Assembly: GCA_044222185.1 (NCBI GenBank)
Contig: JBGANV010000012.1
Span: 77,661-141,660 of the forward strand
DNA length: 64,000 bases
Reading direction: 5' to 3'
Source: Planctomycetota bacterium
GTDB lineage: Bacteria; Planctomycetota; GCA-002687715; CAIWVZ01
Below are positions 48,384-55,995 of the stretch, one piece after another. Under the pieces are notes generated by a model. That model was not told the DNA's origin, searched no databases, and was given only the letters and a program-made list of their open reading frames with translations. Each line of letters starts with the position of its first letter. The first letter of the stretch is position 1. The position numbers were made by a program, and so were the translations under genes.

Positions 48384-51300
48384 GTGACTTCCGATTCCGC
48401 TGAGTCGATCGCCAACGAGGCGCGCAAGCTGCCAGGCATTTCCGAGCGGGAAACGCTCATCGACCGGACCTGCGGAGACGATCAGGAGCTGCGTTCGAGG
48501 GTCGAGCGGCTTCTGGCCACCACGGCGGAGGACGTGGAGCTCAACTTCGGCGACGACCTCCACAGCGAGAAGGCTGGCGACGTCATCGGGCGCTACCGGC
48601 TCGTTCGCGAGGTTGGCCAGGGCGGGTTCGGCACGGTGTGGCTTGCCGACCAGGAGCAGCCGGTCAAACGGCAGGTCGCGCTGAAGATCATCAAGCTCGG
48701 GATGGACACCCGACATGTCGTCGCACGGTTCGAGCAGGAGCGGCAGGCTCTCGCATTGATGGACCATCCCGGGATCGCCCGCGTGCTCGACGCCGGGGCG
48801 ACGATCACGGGCCGGCCCTACTTCGTCATGGACTACGTCCCCGGCGAGGCGATAGCCGAGTTCTGTGACAAGAACGAGCTGTCGATTCGCGCGCGCCTGG
48901 AGCTGTGCGCCCAGGTGTGCGCCGCCGTGCAGCACGCTCACGGCAAGGGCGTGATTCACCGCGACCTCAAGCCGTCGAACATCCTCGTGGCGATGCAGGA
49001 CGGGGTCCCTCGGGCGAAGGTGATCGACTTCGGCGTCGCCAAGGCCACCTGGAGCAAGCTCACCGACAAGACGCTCCAGACGGCGCATCAGCAGGTCATC
49101 GGCACGCTGCGGTACATGAGCCCGGAGCAGGCCGAGGGTTCTCTCGACATCGACACGCGGACGGACGTCTACTCCATCGGAGTCGTCCTCTACGAGCTGT
49201 TGACCGGCAGCACGCCGTTCGATCGCCGCGCGGCGAAGACGCTCACGCCCTACGAGCTCCACCGGTTGATCCGCGAGTCCGAGCCCGATTCCCCGTCGAC
49301 GCGGCTCGAAGCGTCGACGGCGGGGATTCAGTCGATCGCGGCGCGGCGGGGCGTGGGCGCCGGAAGGCTTGGCTCGATCGTTCGCGGCGAGCTCGACTGG
49401 ATCGTCATGAAGGCGATCGAGAAGGACCGCGCCCGTCGTTACGAGACGGCGAACGGCTTCGCACTCGACATCCGCCGCTACCTGGCGGGGGAGGCCGTGC
49501 TCGCGGCGCCGCCGAGCGCGCTCTACCGGTTCAGGAAGCTCGTGCGTCGCAACAAGTCGGCGGTGGTCGCCGCAGCCGCCGTGACTGCATCGCTCATCGT
49601 CGGTGTCGTCGGGTTCGCCTGGCAGGCGACGGTGGCGGCGAGTGAGCGCGACGCCGCCGTCGTGGCCCGCGAACGCGAGGCAAAATCGCGCGTCCTCGCG
49701 GAGCAGCTCGGCGAGTCCGAAGCGAGGCAGCGCGTCATCGCCGAGAGCAACGAGCAGAAGGCCGCGGTGATCAACAAGTTCCTCTTGGAGATGCTCGGCT
49801 CGGCCGACATCCGCAACCGTGGCCGCGACGTGAAAGTGGCCGACGTCCTGGACTCGGCGGCAGCCGACGTGGAGACGGCGTTCAAGGCTCGCCCCGAGGT
49901 CGAGGCGGCCGTGCGCCAGATCCTCGGCAAGACCTACCTGTCGCTCGGACTCCTGGATCGCGGCGAGCCCCAGGTCATGGCGTCACTCGAAACGACCAAG
50001 GCCGTTTATGGCGAGGAGTCGGTCGAGTACGCGCGCGCGCTTTCGTCGCTGGGGTACCTCCTCGGTCAACGCGGCCTCCACGAGAAGGCGATCGAGCCCT
50101 ACGAACGTGCGTTTGCGACGGCGATGCGCGTCGCCGGGCCGGAGGCCACGGTCACACTCGGGATCGAGGGTGACTACGCCAATGCGCTTTCGCGCGTGAA
50201 CCGCTCGGCCGAGGCCGAACGGCTCTTCCGGGAAACGATCCGGATCCGCCGCGCGCAGCCTGGCGTCGACACGCGGGATGCGGTCGTCGCGATCAACAGC
50301 CTGGCGGTCCTGCTTCACGGTCTCGGCCGGCTCGACGAAGCGGAGGCTCTGTATCGAGAGTCCATGGATCTCGGCACGGAGGTGCTCGGCGCCGAGCAGG
50401 CCGACACGCTCACGGCGAAGATGAACCTCGGCAGCATCCTGCGCACCCGGGGGAAACTCGCGGACGCCGAGTCCCTGATGGTCTCGGCCTACGCCAGCAT
50501 CAGGAAGGTCTTCGGAGACAGGCACACGAAAACGGCTCAGTGCGCTGGGGTGCTCGCCGGCCTCTACTTCGATCAGGGCAGGATGAAGGATGCCGTGCCT
50601 CTGGCGGAAGAAGCGCTTGCCGTCCGTCGCAAGGCGGAGGGTGATGGGACGGCCGGTGTGGCGTCGGACGAGCTGGAGCTCGGGATGATGCTGTCGCGAG
50701 TCGCCCAGTACGACCGGGCCGTTGCCCTGCTGCGCGACGCGGTGAAGACGATGACGGTCGTGTTCGGACCGGAAACGAAGGAGACCCTCAATGCGCGGCT
50801 GGATCTGGCGAACACGCTCGTCGCTGCAGGGCGTGGCGCGGACGCCGAGTCGGTGTTCTTGGAGCTGATCGTCGTCGTTCCACGTGCGTTGGGCGAGTCG
50901 AGTCCCGTCACGATCATCGCCACGAACAGTTATGCCGTTTATCTCCTCTCGCAGGAGCGCTACGCCGACGCCGAGCCATACCTTCGCAAGGCTCTGGATC
51001 TGGGCCGGCGGGTCGAGGGCGCCGATGCGCGAAACACCGTCATCACGCAGTACAACCTTTCCGCTGCGCTGCGCGAGATGGGGCATCTGGGCGATGCGGA
51101 AACCGAAGGGCGTGAGCTGATCGACCGCTTCAGCAAGGCCTTCGGCGCGCGCCACGCGAACATGGCGACGGCTCGATCGGGATACGCCGAGACACTCATC
51201 AAGCTCGACCGCAAGGATGAGGCGAAGCGAGAACTCCGCGAGGCGCTGGCGATCGTACGGGAGAGCCTCGGCGAGTCCCATCCGAGCCTGGCGTCCTACT

Positions 51301-51689
51301 CGTGCACGCTCGGACGGCTCCTCGTCGACACCGGCGATCTCGACGAGGCGGAGTCCGTGCTGCGAGACGCCGTCGCCTTGGGGATCCGTGCCCGCGGAGC
51401 GAACGACCGGCGCACGGCCATGGCGCGCGTGGAGCTGGGACGGTGCCTCACGAAGCTGAATCAGTTCACGGAGGCCGAGACGCTCCTCACCGAAGGCCAG
51501 GCCGTGCTGAAGACCGCACGGCCGGGATCCACGGACCTCGCTCGTGCCGAGGGCTTCCTCGCCGACCTGTACGACGCGTGGAATGCCGCCGAGCCGGATG
51601 TGACGCGCGCCGCCAAGGCGGGCGATTGGCGGAAGGCGCAAACCGCGACGCAAGCGGCGGCGGCTTCCAGACCGGCAATGAAGCCGTGA
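48384..51689 (+). CDS. Hanks-type Ser/Thr protein kinase with TM helix and kinesin-light-chain-like TPR repeats
   Basis: GQGGFGTV, VALKII, HRDLKPSN, DFGVAK, GT..YMSPEQ, DVYSIGV; TM segment; about 12 TPR-like repeats. Confidence 0.95.
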   Translation: MTSDSAESIANEARKLPGISERETLIDRTCGDDQELRSRVERLLATTAEDVELNFGDDLHSEKAGDVIGRYRLVREVGQGGFGTVWLADQEQPVKRQVALKIIKLGMDTRHVVARFEQERQALALMDHPGIARVLDAGATITGRPYFVMDYVPGEAIAEFCDKNELSIRARLELCAQVCAAVQHAHGKGVIHRDLKPSNILVAMQDGVPRAKVIDFGVAKATWSKLTDKTLQTAHQQVIGTLRYMSPEQAEGSLDIDTRTDVYSIGVVLYELLTGSTPFDRRAAKTLTPYELHRLIRESEPDSPSTRLEASTAGIQSIAARRGVGAGRLGSIVRGELDWIVMKAIEKDRARRYETANGFALDIRRYLAGEAVLAAPPSALYRFRKLVRRNKSAVVAAAAVTASLIVGVVGFAWQATVAASERDAAVVAREREAKSRVLAEQLGESEARQRVIAESNEQKAAVINKFLLEMLGSADIRNRGRDVKVADVLDSAAADVETAFKARPEVEAAVRQILGKTYLSLGLLDRGEPQVMASLETTKAVYGEESVEYARALSSLGYLLGQRGLHEKAIEPYERAFATAMRVAGPEATVTLGIEGDYANALSRVNRSAEAERLFRETIRIRRAQPGVDTRDAVVAINSLAVLLHGLGRLDEAEALYRESMDLGTEVLGAEQADTLTAKMNLGSILRTRGKLADAESLMVSAYASIRKVFGDRHTKTAQCAGVLAGLYFDQGRMKDAVPLAEEALAVRRKAEGDGTAGVASDELELGMMLSRVAQYDRAVALLRDAVKTMTVVFGPETKETLNARLDLANTLVAAGRGADAESVFLELIVVVPRALGESSPVTIIATNSYAVYLLSQERYADAEPYLRKALDLGRRVEGADARNTVITQYNLSAALREMGHLGDAETEGRELIDRFSKAFGARHANMATARSGYAETLIKLDRKDEAKRELREALAIVRESLGESHPSLASYSCTLGRLLVDTGDLDEAESVLRDAVALGIRARGANDRRTAMARVELGRCLTKLNQFTEAETLLTEGQAVLKTARPGSTDLARAEGFLADLYDAWNAAEPDVTRAAKAGDWRKAQTATQAAAASRPAMKP

Positions 51690-52063
51690 AGCGCGTCGAT
51701 CCGCGCGGCGCGTTCCCGAATGCCATCTCGTGCCCGCGGTGCGGGCCATCGGACCTGCTCATGCGGCGTGAGTTTCGGTGGGGTTCGGCGGGCGTCGGCG
51801 TCGGCATCGTGGTGATGGTCGCGACGCTCCCGATCCTCACGATCATCGGGCTGGCGGTCGTAGGCGCGATCCGAGACAACGCGTCGTACGGCGGCATCGC
51901 CCTCGTCCTGATCGGCCCGGGCCTGCTGGGGCCGCCCACGCTCGTCGCGTTCGCGGGCGCCTGCGCCTCGTTCGCCAGGCCGATCCGCTGGCGTTGTGGG
52001 CGCTGCATGTCGGAGGTCCGGTCGCTGCCAGTCTCGGCGCAGGGTGGACAATTCCGGTCCTGA
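51686..52063 (+). CDS. Small membrane protein with split zinc ribbon (CPRC-hydrophobic-CGRC)
   Basis: GTGA overlap with the kinase stop; two CxxC knuckles flanking two hydrophobic helices. Confidence 0.65.
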   Translation: MKRVDPRGAFPNAISCPRCGPSDLLMRREFRWGSAGVGVGIVVMVATLPILTIIGLAVVGAIRDNASYGGIALVLIGPGLLGPPTLVAFAGACASFARPIRWRCGRCMSEVRSLPVSAQGGQFRS

Positions 52064-52098
52064 AGCCTACGGTGCCGCGACCCAACCAGGAGGTTCGT

Positions 52099-52884
52099 GT
52101 GAATCGGCATCTTCCCCTCTGTGTCGTGCTCTCGTTCGTTCTGTGTGTCTCGGCCATCGGCCAGTACGTCTGTCCCACGGTGTCGCCAGCCATCCTTCCC
52201 GCCGGCGTCGCCACGGGGATCACCATCACGGTCGCCGACGCGACGGGTGCGGGCTACCAGTACCGGACGAACTGCCTCGCCACGAGCATCACGCAGGGCT
52301 CGGTCACGGGACCGTTCCTGAACATTGGTCTGTTCCTCTGCCTGACGACCTACATCACCGTGCCGCCGTACGGGTCGGCGTCGAAGTCCTACACGTTGCC
52401 CGCGCTGACGGCTGGCGATTACTACATCAAGTTCCAATACCGCTTGATGAACACGACGACGCTCCTGACCGAGTACGTCCCGTTCCAGGTCGCGACGTCG
52501 ACGACTCCGAACCTCACGGCGACGACGATCGCACAGGTGGGGCAGACGCTCTCGATGACGCTGAGCGCGCCCACGCTGCCGGGCGAGACCTACGTCGTCG
52601 CCGCGTCGCTTTCGACGAACACGGGAATCCTCGTCGCGCCGGGGCTCAACGTCTCGTTGGATCCGGATGCGGTGTTCGCGCTCACGTTCCCCGCGCCGCT
52701 CCCCGGCATCTTCGACAACTTCCAGGGCGTTCTCGACGGCGCGGGCTTCGCATCGTCCATCAACGTCAACTTCCCGTACATCCCGGCGATCGCCTATCTG
52801 CCATTCCACGTCCAGGGCGCGGTCGTTCCGATCCTCGGATCGCCGGTCCTCACGAACTGCCTGAACCTCTGCATCGCGCCCTGA
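52099..52884 (+). CDS. Secreted protein: Ig-like domain plus C-terminal sorting-like module
   Basis: AGGAGG RBS; signal ...SAIG|Q; C-terminal VSLDPD.VF...G.LDGAG...P.IPAI...HVQGAV...LTN. Confidence 0.85.
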   Translation: MNRHLPLCVVLSFVLCVSAIGQYVCPTVSPAILPAGVATGITITVADATGAGYQYRTNCLATSITQGSVTGPFLNIGLFLCLTTYITVPPYGSASKSYTLPALTAGDYYIKFQYRLMNTTTLLTEYVPFQVATSTTPNLTATTIAQVGQTLSMTLSAPTLPGETYVVAASLSTNTGILVAPGLNVSLDPDAVFALTFPAPLPGIFDNFQGVLDGAGFASSINVNFPYIPAIAYLPFHVQGAVVPILGSPVLTNCLNLCIAP

Positions 52885-52920
52885 GGGCTCCCGCGGAGCG
52901 CGTGGTCGATCGCCGCGCCT

Positions 52921-54243
52921 TCAATTGATCGTGAGCGCGCGCGGCGCGGTGAACGTCCGGACGGCACTCGGGTCACCGAAGTCGAGGACGGCGGCCACCA
53001 TCTGGAACGCGATGCCCGCCAGCTGCGGAGCCGCCGGCAACGTGATTTGCGGGTGCGCCTGGCCCGCGCCGTCGACGGCGCCGGTGAAGGCGACCATGAG
53101 TGGATTCGGCGCGAGCGAGAGCTGAAACAGCGCGCCGTCCGCCAGCGCGAGCGTCCGACCGTCGACCAACGTGATGCCGGGCTGTGTCGACTCGGAGAGC
53201 GCGACGACGTAGGGGAGGGCGGCCGAGCCCGTCGCATCCAGCGTCCACGACGTCGTCGCGCCGATCGTGACCACCGACGGGCCGAGCCAACTCGCCGAGC
53301 GGAAACCGCCCGCGCGTGCGGCATGGTCCACGACGATGTGGCCGGTGTTCGTCAATCGCGAGTGACGGCTCAGCGCCGCTGCGTGGATGACCCCGGAAAG
53401 GTAGGTCGTCCCCAGCGTGCCGACGTTCGGACGCGCACGGAACGGCAACAGCCCCGTGGGCGCGGCGAAGATGGGCTCGCCCCACGAGAAGCCGTCACAG
53501 CCGTAAAGCAGCGCCGTGAACCAGGCGAGGTCGCAATCAGGTTGCGAGAAGGGCACCGCCGCGATCGTCGTCGTCGTGCACTCGATCTTCGTGCCGAAGG
53601 CGGCGCGGTATGCGAGAGCCGCATCGGCCTTCGAGAACGCGAACGCCTCGGCCTGGTAGCCGCCGTTCTCGATGACGAACGATTCCATCAGGTAGCGATC
53701 CGTGGCACCCAGGTGGCACGGCAATCCCGTGGGGTTCCCGCCGCCGACGCCGTTCAGGGGCTGGACCGCGGGATCGAAGACGTCGGCCGGGATCCACGCG
53801 TTCATCCATGCGTGGAGTCCCGCCGCGTGCGCCACGTCGACGACCGCGTTCTGGCGCGCCCGCGTGACGCCGTAGTCGTAGCCGGCCTCGTCGAAGAAGA
53901 TCCCGCGCACGCCCATGGCGGCCCATTGGTTGATCCGCAACTGGATGTCGGCAGGTGTGAGATTCACGGTGCTCACGCCGATCGAGACGTATCCCCAGAA
54001 CTCCGTGAGCGGCGCAGTCGCGATGATGGCGACCGCGTTCGCGTGATCCGGGTGGGTCGGTGCCTCGAGAGTGTCGCCGAACACCACGCGGTCGTATGCC
54101 GAGAAGACGGCCGCGGCAGGAGCGACGGCGAACGTCCCGTTCACTCCGCTGGGATAGCTGTAATAGAACGCCGACTTCTGAGGGACGACCGGCGTCTGCG
54201 CCAGGGCGCACGCCGATACGAGGAGACAGACGATGGGCTTCAT
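52921..54243 (-). CDS. Secreted TIM-barrel glycoside-hydrolase-like protein (spherulin-4/GH135- or GH114-like) with C-terminal sorting-like module
   Basis: Signal ...ALA|Q; FWGYVSIG, W..MGV.GIFFDE, YLMESF; C-terminal L.LADGALF...G.VDGAG...LP..P.LAG. Confidence 0.75.
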   Translation of the reverse strand: MKPIVCLLVSACALAQTPVVPQKSAFYYSYPSGVNGTFAVAPAAAVFSAYDRVVFGDTLEAPTHPDHANAVAIIATAPLTEFWGYVSIGVSTVNLTPADIQLRINQWAAMGVRGIFFDEAGYDYGVTRARQNAVVDVAHAAGLHAWMNAWIPADVFDPAVQPLNGVGGGNPTGLPCHLGATDRYLMESFVIENGGYQAEAFAFSKADAALAYRAAFGTKIECTTTTIAAVPFSQPDCDLAWFTALLYGCDGFSWGEPIFAAPTGLLPFRARPNVGTLGTTYLSGVIHAAALSRHSRLTNTGHIVVDHAARAGGFRSASWLGPSVVTIGATTSWTLDATGSAALPYVVALSESTQPGITLVDGRTLALADGALFQLSLAPNPLMVAFTGAVDGAGQAHPQITLPAAPQLAGIAFQMVAAVLDFGDPSAVRTFTAPRALTIN

Positions 54244-54338
54244 GGGTCGTGGGCTCGGCTCCAATCCAGGCAGTCCCGCGTGGCGGGGACACGGAGATCA
54301 TAGAAGCGGCGCCCGTGAACCGTGAAGAAACGCGACCG

Positions 54339-54683
54339 TCAATCCGCCGACCGCGGAGCCAGCAAAGCGTCGACCAGCGTGCAGAGTGCCTGGCGAGCGA
54401 CCCCGCGCGCGAGTTCTCGAGCGCTCTCCGCGATCGACGCCCGTCCGGGCGCAACAGCGTCGTCACGTGCCGTGTCGCAGCGGCATCGCGCCCGCGCCCG
54501 CAGCAACGGGATCGCGACTCCGACTCCGAACGCCGCGAGCGGCAGGACCCACGGATGCTCTCGGCGCTTGGTTCGAGCCGTGCGGATCACGAGCTCCCGC
54601 ATGCGGCGCGTCGTGCGTTGGAGCCGTGCGCGGGCGGCGACCTCTCGCGTGTGAGCGGATTCGCAATCGTCAAAATGGATCAT
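54339..54683 (-). CDS. Small membrane protein (third gene of the ElaB/YqjE-like operon)
   Basis: Overlaps the upstream gene end; REHPW.L..AAFGVG TM motif. Confidence 0.55.
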   Translation of the reverse strand: MIHFDDCESAHTREVAARARLQRTTRRMRELVIRTARTKRREHPWVLPLAAFGVGVAIPLLRARARCRCDTARDDAVAPGRASIAESARELARGVARQALCTLVDALLAPRSAD

Positions 54684-55104
54684 CGACCTCTCTCCGCGGT
54701 TTCGCGGGCCCGACCCCGCGAGCCGACCGACGCACGAGCGCACGGAGGCCGGCGAAGGCCGCGGTCAGCCCCATCAGCCCGGCGACCATCGAGCCGAGCC
54801 ACGTGTTGGACGCCAGCGCTCCAACCGCTCCGGAGATTCCTGCAAGGGTGAAGTACGCGGAGATCGAGATGAACGCCGCGACGGCCGCCATGAGCACGAC
54901 TCTGATCGCGACCCCCAGGAATTGTTTGCGGACCGCCGTCTTGACCGCGTCGAGTTTCGCGGAAACGAGTTCGGCCACGTCGTCCTTCAGCTCCGCCAGT
55001 TCCTCCGCGATCTGTTCCACGAAATCCGAGTCGTCGTAGGAGTCGTGGAACGATGCGCCGACGGGCGGGCATCGATCGGTATCCGGGTTGGACTTTCGGA
55101 TCAT
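54670..55104 (-). CDS. YqjE-like / phage-holin-superfamily membrane protein
   Basis: GGAGG RBS; helical LV.AKL...K segment then two TM helices; follows a DUF883 gene. Confidence 0.7.
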   Translation of the reverse strand: MIRKSNPDTDRCPPVGASFHDSYDDSDFVEQIAEELAELKDDVAELVSAKLDAVKTAVRKQFLGVAIRVVLMAAVAAFISISAYFTLAGISGAVGALASNTWLGSMVAGLMGLTAAFAGLRALVRRSARGVGPAKPRREVDDPF

Positions 55105-55140
55105 GGATCCTCCGTTCGTCGTTCGTGGTGAACGCCTCCG

Positions 55141-55449
55141 TCACCGCCGCCGCAGCACGAGCCCGACCAGAAGGCCGAGGCCGGTGGCGACGAGCACCGC
55201 GCGATAGGGACGTTCCTGAATCTGCTCCTCGAGGCGGTCTCGGATGTCGACCGCAGTTTCCTTCGCGGCCTCCTGTGTGCGATCGCCGACCGAGACCGCG
55301 CGCTTCAAGAGCTCCGTGCATTTGTCGATCAGAACGTTCTTCACGGCGTCACCGATCTCACGCACGCTGTCCGTCATGCCCGACGCGTGATCGCGGATGT
55401 CTGCCATCGAGTTGTTGATGGCACGCCTGGCGCTTCGTGTCTTCTGCAT
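55141..55449 (-). CDS. DUF883/ElaB/YqjD family tail-anchored protein
   Basis: Helical body and C-terminal IQERPYRAVLVATGLGLLVGLVLRRR signature. Confidence 0.85.
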   Translation of the reverse strand: MQKTRSARRAINNSMADIRDHASGMTDSVREIGDAVKNVLIDKCTELLKRAVSVGDRTQEAAKETAVDIRDRLEEQIQERPYRAVLVATGLGLLVGLVLRRR

Positions 55450-55791
55450 TCTTGATGACCTCGTCGAGTGATTCGATTCAGCAGGGGATGGCATCCCTTC
55501 CATAGCCGGGCGCGATCGACGCTTTCGGAAGTGACGGCACTTTCGGCGTTCCCACGATCCTCAGTTCCGCGCGCCCGAGATTCCGGTGTAAGAAACTCGT
55601 TCAGCATTCGATGCGCGCACGCGCTCAGCGACCCCTGAGCGTGCGGCCGGCAGCGCGGATGCGTCATCGGCGTGCACGCCTATCTATGGTCAAAACGGGC
55701 TCGATGATCGAGCGCCGGGTCGCCACGCTGGCGTGGAATGCGTGAGCGAGACCCGAGGGGGATTTCCACGATGGAATGCGGGAGCCAGTCC

Positions 55792-55959
55792 ATGCTTCGA
55801 TGGGCGTTGATCTTTCTCGTCTTCTCGCTGATCGCTGGGGCGCTCGGGTTCTTCGCGCTCGCAGGTACGGCCGCCCTGATTGCCCGAGTCTGCTTCATCA
55901 TCTTCCTCGTCGTGTTCCTCGTCGGGCTGTTGACGGGGCGCCGCGCCGTCACCCCTTGA
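55792..55959 (+). CDS. DUF1328 (YtjA/UPF0391) small membrane protein
   Basis: MLRWALIFLVFSLIAGALGF..LAGTAA.IA...F.IFLV; GGAG RBS. Confidence 0.92.
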   Translation: MLRWALIFLVFSLIAGALGFFALAGTAALIARVCFIIFLVVFLVGLLTGRRAVTP

Positions 55960-55995
55960 CCGTCGTTTCGCCGCGCGGACCCTGGAGGACGCCAA

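Noticed and set aside
54670-55104. Prophage lysis gene (holin-like)
   Set aside because: The context is the ElaB/YqjE-type stress operon; no endolysin or other phage genes.
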